A stretch of 64,000 nt of DNA, taken from an uncultured archaeon (GTDB lineage Archaea > Nanobdellota > Nanobdellia > Pacearchaeales > GW2011-AR1). The notes beneath the pieces were generated by a model. That model was not told where the DNA came from and did not search any database. It saw only the letters and a program-made list of their open reading frames with translations. Numbering within the stretch: position 1 is the stretch's first letter; each line of letters begins with the position of its first letter. The position numbers were made by a program, and so were the translations under genes. Location: positions 35,741 through 99,740 of the forward strand of contig CABMHR010000001.1 of assembly GCA_902386025.1 (NCBI GenBank), read 5' to 3'. Positions 8,784-18,282 of this stretch are shown in pieces.

Positions 8784-9278
8784 TTATTTCTTTTTCCCCT
8801 TGAGATAAAGGAAAGTGAAAACTAATCCGCAGATAAAGAAGCAGATGCCAATCCAGCGCGAATCATTCTGGCTTAATTCTGTTATGACATTTCCAGTTAA
8901 GCTTGAGGATACAAAAACAAGAGCAGCCAAAAAAGAGGATATTGAAAGCACAGCAGAAAGCCTTTTTCCCAATCCTGTTGGGGAAACATAATTCTCGAAT
9001 CTTTTTCTTGTTGCATTCAATCCCTTGAGATATTTTTTAATATCTTTCATATCTTCATCATTTTCATCCTTGCCCATTCTTTTAGCATAACTCAAGGCAG
9101 AATAATAATCTCTTTCTGCATTCTTAACTGCTTCGCTCCCAGGAACCTTATTCCACATATCTCCTGCGTTCTTATATCCTGAAAAGACACGAGAAAAAGA
9201 AGGAAGTTTTTTCATTAATTCTCTTTGAGCTTCTAATTCATAATCAATTGCCTTCTTCTCTGCAGGATGTTTTATCAT
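8784..9278 (-). CDS. hypothetical membrane-anchored protein, filament-locus accessory
   Basis: Soluble helical N-terminal part plus two C-terminal TM helices. It is wedged between the platform and ATPase genes. No family recognised. Confidence 0.35.
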   Translation of the reverse strand: MIKHPAEKKAIDYELEAQRELMKKLPSFSRVFSGYKNAGDMWNKVPGSEAVKNAERDYYSALSYAKRMGKDENDEDMKDIKKYLKGLNATRKRFENYVSPTGLGKRLSAVLSISSFLAALVFVSSSLTGNVITELSQNDSRWIGICFFICGLVFTFLYLKGKKK

Positions 9279-9313
9279 ATCTAATAAGAATAAATCAGCT
9301 TTAAATATTTTAT

Positions 9314-11602
9314 TTAAAAGAACTTTTTCTTTATTTCCCCATTAAGCCATTTCTGCCAAGCAGGGAAAACTCTTTCTCCGATAGGAAGTCCTACTTCCTG
9401 CCTGATATTATCAGAAATTTCATGGAATGCGTGATTTGAAAGAGTGTTGAATTCTGCTTCAAGAATTTTGTTGTTTCCTGTCTTGTTTGCTGTATTTACT
9501 ATTTCTTGTTTTATGTTTGCTCTTAAAAGAATATTATCATAAATCCCGTCCCAGTTTCCAGCCCATCCCTTTACATTTGATGCAATGTCTTTGAGAACTT
9601 CGCTGTCTCCGTTGATTAAATCATCGCTCGGCTTTAATTCATCTTTTTCTATGTCATAATTAAGCAAATCAACAAATCCTTTTTCTAAGAGAGGGTCATC
9701 TTTCCAGTGTTTTCTTATTTCAGAAAGCTGAACAACTCTTCTCAACGAATGCAGTCCGTCTGGTGTTTTAATTGGATTGCAGACAGCAATTATGTCTGTT
9801 GCCTTAAAGCTTGTTTTCGGAACTTCCAAGTCATTTACAACTCTGTCAAAAACTCCGTATGGACTTGCTCCGTGAATTGTTCCTGCAACAACATTGGCCA
9901 AAGCACCGACTCTCATTGCTTCATAAAGTGCTTTTGCTTCAACGCTTCTCACTTCACCTATTATCAAGCAGGAATCCCCTAATCTTAAGCTGGTTCTTAT
10001 TCCATCGTCAGCAGAAACTTCTGTTGTCGTTCTTAATAAAGCAGAACGGACTTTCATTCTTAACAAGTCATAATCTAATTTCCTTAAAGATTCAACAGGC
10101 AGTTCCAGAGAATCTTCAATTACAATAATTCTGTGCTTGGGAATAATTTCCAGCATCAAGCTTCCAAGCAGGGAAGTTTTTCCAGAGCCTCTTGTTCCTG
10201 CAACTAAAAGCGTTCTTGCTCCGTCAATTAAAAAACTCATCAGTCCTGCAGTAAAAGAATTAAGCATTTTATTCTGCACAAATAACGGCAGAGTCCAAGG
10301 CTCTTCTCTATGCCTTCTTATTGCATATGCCAGCCCGTCGGGAGAAAGAGGATTCTGAATCACTGCAATTCTCGCTCTGATTTTTCCAATTTCCAATTGA
10401 GTGTCTAATATTGGATTTGCTTCATCCAAAGGACGCCCTGAAATCATTCTGAATTTAGCAGCCCACGAATCAATATCTGCTTGGCTTGGAAGAATATTTG
10501 TCAGGCACTCGTCATATTCCTGATGATTCACAAAAATATTTGTCATAGGTATTGGAGAATTCAGAAATATATCCTGCAGATTTTTATCCTGAAGCAAAAC
10601 TTCCACAATTCCAAAACCAATAGTCTGCCTGACTAAAATCGTAGCGAGTTTGTTTAAATCAGGATAATTTATATTTATCCTCTGGGATTGCGCCAAATCC
10701 TGAAGCAAATCTTTTGAAATATTAAAAAAAACCTGCCTGACTCTTTCAACATCTGTAAATTCCTCTGCTTTTGGCTGATGTTCTACTAAAACTCCGCGGG
10801 CAAGATTCAGAAGAACATTATAATCTTCATCAAGGGAATTTTCAGGAGGATTGAGATGATAAATTAATTTGGATTCATTTTTCTGCTTTAGTATTGTCAC
10901 AGTGGAAGTATCATAGTCTTCCCCAATTTCATACTGGTTTATAATTTCAGCCCCTTCAGGCAAATCAGAAATCAGCCTCGTAAAAGTAAAATTGGGAATT
11001 ACATCTGGACTGAATATTTTGTGGTATATTTCTCTGTCTCCCTTTTTATAATTGTCAAGATAAGGCAGAACTTCTCTGATTAGCCTTGTATTTTCCAGCA
11101 GAGCCAGAATTTTCTCCAGGAGATGAGTATAATTATCCTGTTCATTTCTGGAAGAAAGAGAAATTTTTTCAGATAAAATTTTTGACTGAAGAATTATTTT
11201 TTTGAGTTCAAAATATGCAGAAACAGGGTCCTGCCTTAAAAGAAGAAGAAATGAAAAGACTTCATTATATCTTTGGGAAAAGAACTGCCCGTTTGAAGAA
11301 GCAAGCTTGTCCTGCGAAAGAATTTTCTCCTGTTTCATAAAATAAACATAAAGCTGTGCAATTTCCAAAAGCGTAGCAGTTTCCTTGAAGTCATAATTAT
11401 AGTTTTTCTGCTGGCTTAAGATTATTCTTGAAACATTCGGATTTTCTATAAGTGCATCAACAGTTTTTCCCATAACCTCGGCATATTCTGCAATATTCGG
11501 AACAAAAGGAGCGCCAAGATAATTAATGTAAAGAATGTCTTCCCCCCCTTCTCTGCGGACTTCATATGCGTATAATTTATTCTCCTCTTTTTCGTCTGGC
11601 AT
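9314..11602 (-). CDS. type II/IV secretion-family ATPase (FlaI/PilB/VirB11-like) with long N-terminal extension
   Basis: Walker A VAGTRGSGKTSLLGSL, Walker B/Asp box RIIVIEDSLEL, IIGEVRSVEA and His box AGTIHG. Several hundred residues precede the ATPase core. Confidence 0.9.
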   Translation of the reverse strand: MPDEKEENKLYAYEVRREGGEDILYINYLGAPFVPNIAEYAEVMGKTVDALIENPNVSRIILSQQKNYNYDFKETATLLEIAQLYVYFMKQEKILSQDKLASSNGQFFSQRYNEVFSFLLLLRQDPVSAYFELKKIILQSKILSEKISLSSRNEQDNYTHLLEKILALLENTRLIREVLPYLDNYKKGDREIYHKIFSPDVIPNFTFTRLISDLPEGAEIINQYEIGEDYDTSTVTILKQKNESKLIYHLNPPENSLDEDYNVLLNLARGVLVEHQPKAEEFTDVERVRQVFFNISKDLLQDLAQSQRININYPDLNKLATILVRQTIGFGIVEVLLQDKNLQDIFLNSPIPMTNIFVNHQEYDECLTNILPSQADIDSWAAKFRMISGRPLDEANPILDTQLEIGKIRARIAVIQNPLSPDGLAYAIRRHREEPWTLPLFVQNKMLNSFTAGLMSFLIDGARTLLVAGTRGSGKTSLLGSLMLEIIPKHRIIVIEDSLELPVESLRKLDYDLLRMKVRSALLRTTTEVSADDGIRTSLRLGDSCLIIGEVRSVEAKALYEAMRVGALANVVAGTIHGASPYGVFDRVVNDLEVPKTSFKATDIIAVCNPIKTPDGLHSLRRVVQLSEIRKHWKDDPLLEKGFVDLLNYDIEKDELKPSDDLINGDSEVLKDIASNVKGWAGNWDGIYDNILLRANIKQEIVNTANKTGNNKILEAEFNTLSNHAFHEISDNIRQEVGLPIGERVFPAWQKWLNGEIKKKFF

Positions 11603-11748
11603 CTTATATAGTTTTTTCTACCAAGGTAGTCTCTTTTTTTCTAAAAAAGAAACCCCTGTTTAAATTATTTTGTATATTTAGGAAATGAATCAGAGAACTT
11701 TGGATTGTCAAACACAACAAATTTAAACTTGTTTAATGTTAATGTTGC

Positions 11749-12093
11749 ATGGTGATGCAGGAAGATTATGCTGGACAATTATCAGGAGACATTAGCACAA
11801 AAATAAGAAATATAGAAGAGAAGCAGAGAATTTTGAAAGAACAGATTTTATTGATTGGGCAGAATCTTTTGGAAATAAAAGAAAAAACAAATCAGAAAAT
11901 ATTAGAGATTAAAAAAGAGGAAGGGGAAATGAGGCAGGCTGTTGAAAGATTATCCTCTTTCCTTGAAACAGTTTCGGGTGAATTTTCCAAATTTGCAAAG
12001 AAAGAAGATTTGGAAATACTGGCTAAGCAGGCAAAAATGTTTCAGCCGATGGAATTTGTAAGAAAAAAAGATTTAGAATCTTTAAGAAGATAA
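11749..12093 (+). CDS. coiled-coil protein, unknown function
   Basis: 114 aa with heptad-rich Glu/Lys sequence. It is divergent from the ATPase gene. Confidence 0.35.
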   Translation: MVMQEDYAGQLSGDISTKIRNIEEKQRILKEQILLIGQNLLEIKEKTNQKILEIKKEEGEMRQAVERLSSFLETVSGEFSKFAKKEDLEILAKQAKMFQPMEFVRKKDLESLRR

Positions 12094-12202
12094 TTAGAAA
12101 AATTAAAAAACAAATTAAAACTAATATAAGAAAAATGAAAATCAGCCGTGAGCACAAATTTGGTGGGAAGTTGACGCACAAGAAACCGGAGGTGTCTTAG
12201 CA

Positions 12203-12961
12203 ATGGGAGCATTAGAACAAGTGACTAAAATGAGAAATCAAGGAGTTCCTGACAGCGATATAATCAGGAGTTTAACCCAGCAGAAAATTTCTCCAAGGGA
12301 AATAAATGACGCGATGAAGCAGGCGCAGATTAAAGATGCAGTTTCTGATTTTGATAATGAAGATTTAGAGCAGTCTGAAATGCCTGAAGAAGCTCCGGCT
12401 CCAATGGAGCAGGAATATGAAACTCCAGAAGAGCAGGATTATGCCCCAGCACCGCAGGAAGAATATCCTCCGCAGGAAAGCGGATATTCTGCCCAAGAGC
12501 AAATTTATCCTCCTCAAAGTTCTGCATATGCAGAATATTCCCAAGGAGGAACAGACACAGACACAGTGATAGAAATTGCAGAGCAGATTTTTTCAGACAA
12601 GATAAGAAAGCCGCAGAACCAGATTGATGCCGTTTCAGAAGCAGCAGCTATGCTCCAGTCAAAATTAGAAAATGTTTCAGAAAGGCTGAAGAAAATAGAA
12701 ACTATAATTGACAAACTGCAGATTGCAATACTTGAAAAAATCGGCTCTTACGGGCAGAATTTAGAAGGAATTAAAAAAGAAATGTCAATGATGCAGGATT
12801 CTTTTTCAAAAATGGTTTCTCCTCAAAAAGAATCAAAAGAATTTCCAAGAGAAAATAAAGCACAGCAGGAATATGCCTCTGCACCGCAGGAAGAATATCC
12901 TGCTAAAAAAGAATTTCCAAGAGAAGTTAAACCGCAAAAAAAGATTTCTGCAAAAAGATAA
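12203..12961 (+). CDS. acidic Pro/Glu/Gln-rich protein with C-terminal coiled coil
   Basis: Strong SD GGAGGTG 8 nt upstream. Internal repeats APQEEYP and KEFPRE are encoded by repeated DNA. No family recognised. Confidence 0.4.
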   Translation: MGALEQVTKMRNQGVPDSDIIRSLTQQKISPREINDAMKQAQIKDAVSDFDNEDLEQSEMPEEAPAPMEQEYETPEEQDYAPAPQEEYPPQESGYSAQEQIYPPQSSAYAEYSQGGTDTDTVIEIAEQIFSDKIRKPQNQIDAVSEAAAMLQSKLENVSERLKKIETIIDKLQIAILEKIGSYGQNLEGIKKEMSMMQDSFSKMVSPQKESKEFPRENKAQQEYASAPQEEYPAKKEFPREVKPQKKISAKR

Positions 12962-13013
12962 AAAAATTAATAAAAAAGGGAGAAAAATAATTTTTGAAAA
13001 TTTTTAATTAAAA

Positions 13014-13577
13014 TTAGTTAAAAGCAACAGACTTATATGTGGGGGCAGATGAATTTTTGTTTCCGCCAGATGAGCCGATTATTACCACAACAAGTATGAT
13101 TAAGAAAAGAGCTCCTATGATTGTCTGCCAGTTGTCTTCCCACCATTGTCCTGACTGCCATCCTACTGCTCCTGCAGATTGTATTAAAACCATTCCGAAT
13201 ACAATAACCCCGATTGCAAGAAGAACATAATTTATTGCATTGTTATTTTTGTCAATAAAAAGCCCGACTAAAATTAGTATTGCTAAAATTATTGCAAGCC
13301 CAACGCCAAGTCTTGGAAATATCTGCGAGAAGAACTGGGGAACAAAGCTAAACTGCAAAGACATAAGAGAAACAGCCAATGCAATAATGCCATTAACAAC
13401 TTTGTTGTCCTTGAATATGTTTACTTTTGTAAGAATTCCAAAAACCAATGCAAATATCAAAAGAAATGGAAGAAGATAGCTGAAAAATCCAGATTCTTCC
13501 CATTTGTTAAGCAAGTCTCCAATTGCCCCGCTCGGAAATGCACTACTAGTCTGCAGAACAATCATCTCTTTTAACAT
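13014..13577 (-). CDS. polytopic membrane protein (paralog of 13623..14117)
   Basis: Shares the motif YLLPFLLIFALVFGILTKVNIF with YLLPFLLVFFIIFAILEKTKLF of its neighbour. Confidence 0.45.
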   Translation of the reverse strand: MLKEMIVLQTSSAFPSGAIGDLLNKWEESGFFSYLLPFLLIFALVFGILTKVNIFKDNKVVNGIIALAVSLMSLQFSFVPQFFSQIFPRLGVGLAIILAILILVGLFIDKNNNAINYVLLAIGVIVFGMVLIQSAGAVGWQSGQWWEDNWQTIIGALFLIILVVVIIGSSGGNKNSSAPTYKSVAFN

Positions 13578-13622
13578 ATAGAGAAATGTATGAAAATATA
13601 TTTAAATATGTTTCTAAAATTT

Positions 13623-14117
13623 TTACTTTTTCTGGCTTTTCAAAACTAATGCTAATGCAACTGCAATTACAATAATGAAGATTATGTTTGTGAATAATGT
13701 TCCGCTTGTTCCTTCCTTGCTTGATAGAAAGTTTTGTATCTGAACATTAAACCCGGTAGCAAAGATGATTGCAGCAATAAATGCAATTCCAGCAAGAACA
13801 ATTAATATCCATTTCAAAGTTTCATTTAATTTAAATCCCTTTTCATCTGCTGAAATAAATCCCCATACAAGAAGGATGACAAATACGCAGACAATTGCTA
13901 CAGTCAAAAAAAGAGTCATATTTTGGATTATATGAGTATAAGAAACTGCACCGACAAAAATCAAGCCGATTACAAAAGAGATAAGTGCATTTACCTGCTT
14001 CTTCCCTTCTCCAAAGAGCTTTGTCTTTTCAAGAATTGCAAAAATTATAAAGAAAACCAGCAAAAATGGCAAAAGATACTGTGAAATGATAGGTGCCTGC
14101 AAAAATGTGTCTGCCAT
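13623..14117 (-). CDS. polytopic membrane protein (paralog of 13014..13577)
   Basis: Same N-terminal motif and TM layout as the neighbour. Follows the PRC-barrel gene. Confidence 0.45.
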   Translation of the reverse strand: MADTFLQAPIISQYLLPFLLVFFIIFAILEKTKLFGEGKKQVNALISFVIGLIFVGAVSYTHIIQNMTLFLTVAIVCVFVILLVWGFISADEKGFKLNETLKWILIVLAGIAFIAAIIFATGFNVQIQNFLSSKEGTSGTLFTNIIFIIVIAVALALVLKSQKK

Positions 14118-14125
14118 ATGTTTGT

Positions 14126-14404
14126 TTATAATTGGTCTTCAGGAACTTCTTCCATAGCCGAATCTGGATTTGGTAAAGCAGATTTATTGATTACGAAAAC
14201 ATCCCCGATTGCTTTGACAAATTGATGAGGAATAATAACGCCTTTTGCCCCCCCAATCATAGAACCGATGCTTCCGCCAACTTTTATTCTCCAGCCGTCA
14301 ACTCTATTGTCAGATAAATTAGCTTCTTCAATCTCGCCAAAAAAATCTCCAGAATCAGTATAAACCCTGTTTCCTAAAACTTCACTGACTTTTTTTATTC
14401 TCAT
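14126..14404 (-). CDS. PRC-barrel domain protein (CdpB-like)
   Basis: 92 aa with the PRC-barrel pattern EVLGNRVYTDSGDFFGEIEEANLSDNRVDGWRIKV...VIIPHQFVKAIGDVFVI. Confidence 0.6.
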   Translation of the reverse strand: MRIKKVSEVLGNRVYTDSGDFFGEIEEANLSDNRVDGWRIKVGGSIGSMIGGAKGVIIPHQFVKAIGDVFVINKSALPNPDSAMEEVPEDQL

Positions 14405-14501
14405 AAGATAAATTCATTAATTCTTATTTAAATAGTTTTCCATAATTAAAAATACGATAAATTATAATAAGCTTTATAAAAAAACTATTCTTATAAAAAG
14501 T

Positions 14502-15146
14502 ATGATAAACAAAAAAGAGGCATTCATTATCCCAATTATAATCATTATAATAGCTTTGTCTCTTAGTTTGTCTTTGGATTTTTCAGACGGATGGAGATTA
14601 TTTTTTGGAACTCTTTTAGCTGTATCAATTATCGTTCTTTCAAACATATTTGTAAAGAAGTTTATCGCATATCGCTTGGATTCAGAAATAGAAATGAAAA
14701 TCTGGGAAGCAGGAAAGTACGGATTTAATAAAGATAAAAATTCAAAAAAACCATTCCCTATTGGTGCAGTTCTTCCAGTAGTTTCAAAAATAATTTTATT
14801 TCCATTTAAGAGCTTTGTATGGATGGCTTGCCTCGTCTTTGATATAAAGCCAAGAGTTTACCGCGGAGCAAAAAGATTCGGGCTGTATACTTTTTCAGAT
14901 GTGACAGAATATCATGTTGGATTGATTGCTGCCTCTGGAATTTTGATAAATCTTATTCTTGCAGTTGTCGGCTATCTGCTTGGATTCCAGCTTTTTGCAA
15001 GATTAAATGTGTATTACGCTTTTTTTAATATGCTCCCAATTTCAGAATTGGACGGCAACAAAATATTCTTTGGCAGTTTGATAATGTGGAGTTTCTTGGC
15101 AGCATTAATTTTAATAGGCATGCTGTTTGCAATATTCATTGTATAA
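14502..15146 (+). CDS. membrane protein with S2P/M50-like C-terminal motif, HExxH not evident
   Basis: FFNMLPISELDGNKIFFGS resembles the NxxPxxxLDG motif of site-2 proteases. No clean HExxH was seen, only TEYHVG. Confidence 0.35.
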   Translation: MINKKEAFIIPIIIIIIALSLSLSLDFSDGWRLFFGTLLAVSIIVLSNIFVKKFIAYRLDSEIEMKIWEAGKYGFNKDKNSKKPFPIGAVLPVVSKIILFPFKSFVWMACLVFDIKPRVYRGAKRFGLYTFSDVTEYHVGLIAASGILINLILAVVGYLLGFQLFARLNVYYAFFNMLPISELDGNKIFFGSLIMWSFLAALILIGMLFAIFIV

Positions 15147-15155
15147 ATTAATAAA

Positions 15156-16715
15156 ATGGAATTTTTAGACGGAATTAATCCCAGAGAATACCAGCAAAAA
15201 ATATTTGAAAGCTGTGTTAATAAAAACTGCTTAGTTGTTCTCCCGACAGGGCTAGGAAAAACTTTGATTGCGCTGATGCTTGCAATAGAAAGAATGAAGA
15301 CTTTTCCTGGAGAGAAAGTGGTATTTCTTGCTCCAACCCGCCCCCTTATAGAACAGCATCTGAATTTTTTTAAAAAGCATCTCCCTGAATTATTTGCAGA
15401 GATGACTTTGTTTACAGGGCAGGTAAATTCTGGGGAGAGGAAAAAACTCTGGCAGAATTCAGACATTATTTTTTCAACACCCCAATGCATTGCAAATGAT
15501 TTGAAAAAAAATTTATACAATCTGGAGGATGTGTGCCTTCTGATTGAAGATGAAGCTCATAGATGCATAAAAAATTATGATTATAACTTTGTTGCAAGAA
15601 ATTATCACGAAAATTCAGAGCATCCGAGATTAATCGGCTTGACTGCTTCTCCTGGAAGCGAACACTCAAGAATAAGGGAAATATGCAGAAATCTTTCAAT
15701 CGAGGAAATTGAATTAAAAACCCGCGATTCTCCTGATGTGAAAGAATATCTTCAGGAATTAAAATTTGAAAAAAAGATTATAGATTTTCCGCAGGAGCTT
15801 GAAGAATTAAGAAATATTCTGAAAAAACTTTTTGATTCTTATATTCAGGAGCTGAAAAACAGAAAAGTTCTTTGGGGAAGCTCTTCAAAAACAGGGCTTA
15901 TTGAACTGCAGAAAAAATTAATGGCTCAGATTTCAAAAGGGCAGAGAGATTTCAACTCTCTTCTTTCTGTAGCAGCTTGTTCGCAGGCAATAAAACTTCA
16001 GCATGCAATGGAACTGATTGAAACACAGACGCTTTCAAGCTTTAATGAATATTTAAAAGACTTGTTCAAGCAGGCATCTGAAAAAAAGAGCAAAGGCGTT
16101 GTTCGTTTGGTAAGCAAGCCTGAATTTAATCTGGTTTATGTCAAATCAAATGAACTGCTCGCAAAAGGGATTGAACATCCAAAGATTGAAGAGCTGATAA
16201 ATTTGGTGAAGGAAGAAAAGTCCAAAAATGAAAAAATAAAAATTCTTGTTTTTACCCAGTTTAGAAATACTGCTTTTGTAATTTCTAAAAGATTGAACCA
16301 GATGGATGGAATAAACTCAAAAGTTTTTCTTGGACAGGCAAAAAAGACAAATTTTGAAGGAAGCACAGGATTAAGCCAGAAAGAGCAGAAGAAAATGATA
16401 ACAGAATTTTCATCAGGGGAAATAAATGTTCTTTGTGCAACTTCAATAGGCGAGGAGGGGCTTGACATTCCAGAAGTTAATCTGGTTGTTTTTTATGAAG
16501 CTGTTCCTTCGGCAATAAGAAAAATTCAAAGAGGGGGAAGAACAGCAAGATTAATGGCAGGCAAGTTGATAATGCTTATAGCAAAAGGAACAAGAGATGA
16601 AGCATTTTATTATGTTGCAAATGCAAGGGAAAAAAAGATGCATAAGACAATTCAAGATATAAAAGAAGAAATGCAGAATGGAAAATTAAAATCAGAGAGG
16701 CAGAAAACTTTATGA
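15156..16715 (+). CDS. hef: Hef/FANCM-type helicase (helicase half of split Hef)
   Basis: REYQ, VLPTGLGKT (motif I), IEDEAHR (DEAH), ATSIGEEGLDIP and QRGGRTAR. The stop overlaps the next start (ATGA). Confidence 0.85.
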   Translation: MEFLDGINPREYQQKIFESCVNKNCLVVLPTGLGKTLIALMLAIERMKTFPGEKVVFLAPTRPLIEQHLNFFKKHLPELFAEMTLFTGQVNSGERKKLWQNSDIIFSTPQCIANDLKKNLYNLEDVCLLIEDEAHRCIKNYDYNFVARNYHENSEHPRLIGLTASPGSEHSRIREICRNLSIEEIELKTRDSPDVKEYLQELKFEKKIIDFPQELEELRNILKKLFDSYIQELKNRKVLWGSSSKTGLIELQKKLMAQISKGQRDFNSLLSVAACSQAIKLQHAMELIETQTLSSFNEYLKDLFKQASEKKSKGVVRLVSKPEFNLVYVKSNELLAKGIEHPKIEELINLVKEEKSKNEKIKILVFTQFRNTAFVISKRLNQMDGINSKVFLGQAKKTNFEGSTGLSQKEQKKMITEFSSGEINVLCATSIGEEGLDIPEVNLVVFYEAVPSAIRKIQRGGRTARLMAGKLIMLIAKGTRDEAFYYVANAREKKMHKTIQDIKEEMQNGKLKSERQKTL

Positions 16716-17404
16716 ATCAGACAAAGCCGATTCTGGAAATTTTTTCAAAATCAAAAAAACCAGAAGCTAAAAACAAGATTAAAAGAAAAATATTTGTTGA
16801 TTATCGGGAGAAAAGCTCGCTTGTAGCATCAGAGTTAATTCATCTTGGAATGGATGTTGAATTCCGAGAATTAAAAGTGGCAGATTATGTCATAAACAAT
16901 ATTGCAATAGAAAGAAAAACAATTTCAGATTTTATTTCTTCAATGATAAACAAGAGAATTATCGGGCAGATGAATGATTTGCAGCAGTATGAGAATAAAC
17001 TGCTTCTGATAGAGGGGATAGAAGAGCAGGAGCTTTATTCTGATGATTCTGAAAGAGGAGTTTCTGCAAATGCAATTCGGGGATTTCTTCTTTCAATTGC
17101 ATTGAAGCATAAGATTCCAGTTATTTTTACAAAAAATTATGAAGATACTGCAAAATTCATCTATCTTCTTGCAGTAAAAAAAGAAACAGAATCCTCTTTG
17201 AATGTAAGCAAAAAAAGCCTGAATAAAAAAGAGAGACTGCAATTTATTCTTGAAGGCTTTCCGGGAATTGGGCCAAAAACAGCAAAAAAGCTTTTATCTC
17301 ATTTTGGAACAATGAAAGATATCTTTTCTGCTTCTCAAGAAGAATTAAAAAAAATTATAGGAATAAAGGCAGATATTTTCAGATTAATTGAAGAGAAATA
17401 TTGA
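16712..17404 (+). CDS. ERCC4/XPF-type nuclease with (HhH)2 (nuclease half of split Hef)
   Basis: VDYREKSS...VADYVI...IERKTISDF (ERCC4 motif GDxnERKxxxD) and C-terminal GFPGIGPKTAKKLLSHFG HhH. Confidence 0.85.
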   Translation: MNQTKPILEIFSKSKKPEAKNKIKRKIFVDYREKSSLVASELIHLGMDVEFRELKVADYVINNIAIERKTISDFISSMINKRIIGQMNDLQQYENKLLLIEGIEEQELYSDDSERGVSANAIRGFLLSIALKHKIPVIFTKNYEDTAKFIYLLAVKKETESSLNVSKKSLNKKERLQFILEGFPGIGPKTAKKLLSHFGTMKDIFSASQEELKKIIGIKADIFRLIEEKY

Positions 17405-17424
17405 TTATTAATCATTTAGTTTGA

Positions 17425-18231
17425 TTACAGCAATTCTGCAAGTATCTTTGCTCCAAGTTTGATTGTTAAGTTATTATTCTGCTTGTCCATTTTTTCATTA
17501 ATCTCAACAATATCAATCGCTCTCAAGTTTTTTATTTTTTTTATTCTCTGAACTAAATAAATAAATTGTCTGCTAGTCAATCCACCTGCTTCTGGGTATC
17601 CTGTTGAAGGGGCAAAGACTGAGTCTATTACATCAATATCAATTGAGACATATAATTCCTTCCCGCTTGAAAATTCCATTATTGTATCGCACATATCCCG
17701 CAAATCTTCAGTTAGATTGCTTATTGAAAGGTTTTTTATTTTATTTTCCTTCATAAATTTTATTTCGTCTTTATGGGAATTTCTGATTCCAACAAGCAAA
17801 ATGTTCTCTTTCGGAAACCCCTCTTCAATAAGTTTTCTCAGCCATTCTTCGTGAGTAGGTTCTTTCATAGGCTGCATGCAGTCAGGATGAGCATCAAAAA
17901 CAATAAGACAGGGGATTTTTTTTGCAGATTTGCAGTATTTCAGAAACGCTTTTGCAGTGGAATAGCTGATTGAATGGTCTCCGCCAAGAAAAATTGTTTG
18001 GGGTTTAGTTTCAAATATTTCAAGTGAATTTTTGCAGATTAATTGGTTGCTTAACTCAATATTATGATTATCAAGATGAATTTCTTCCAAGTCTAAAATA
18101 GAAGGCTCTATAATTTTTCCTTCCTCGCTGCTGTAAATTTCCTTGAGAGATTCCAAAATAGCATTTCCTGCCATTTGGCATCCTTCTGTTTTTCCAAGCC
18201 CGTTAATTCCAGGTATTTTTACTATAAACAT
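17425..18231 (-). CDS. speB: agmatinase/arginase-family ureohydrolase
   Basis: Mn-binding motifs GGDHSISY, FDAHPD and SIDIDVIDSVFAPSTG. Confidence 0.8.
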   Translation of the reverse strand: MFIVKIPGINGLGKTEGCQMAGNAILESLKEIYSSEEGKIIEPSILDLEEIHLDNHNIELSNQLICKNSLEIFETKPQTIFLGGDHSISYSTAKAFLKYCKSAKKIPCLIVFDAHPDCMQPMKEPTHEEWLRKLIEEGFPKENILLVGIRNSHKDEIKFMKENKIKNLSISNLTEDLRDMCDTIMEFSSGKELYVSIDIDVIDSVFAPSTGYPEAGGLTSRQFIYLVQRIKKIKNLRAIDIVEINEKMDKQNNNLTIKLGAKILAELL

Positions 18232-18282
18232 AAAAATATCAAAAGAAGATAGTTTTTAAGATTATTCTATCAAGAATTTGCA

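Noticed and set aside
12135-12200. 21-aa ORF MKISREHKFGGKLTHKKPEVS upstream of 12203
   Set aside because: It is too short and unsupported. The region is better explained as the 5' UTR carrying the SD sequence of the downstream gene.
14502-15146. Active site-2 (M50) metalloprotease
   Set aside because: Only the C-terminal LDG-type motif is visible and no HExxH was found. It is therefore annotated only as an M50-like membrane protein with low confidence.
15014-15520. 168-aa minus-strand ORF
   Set aside because: It is antisense to the well-supported Hef helicase and to the preceding membrane gene, and has no motifs.
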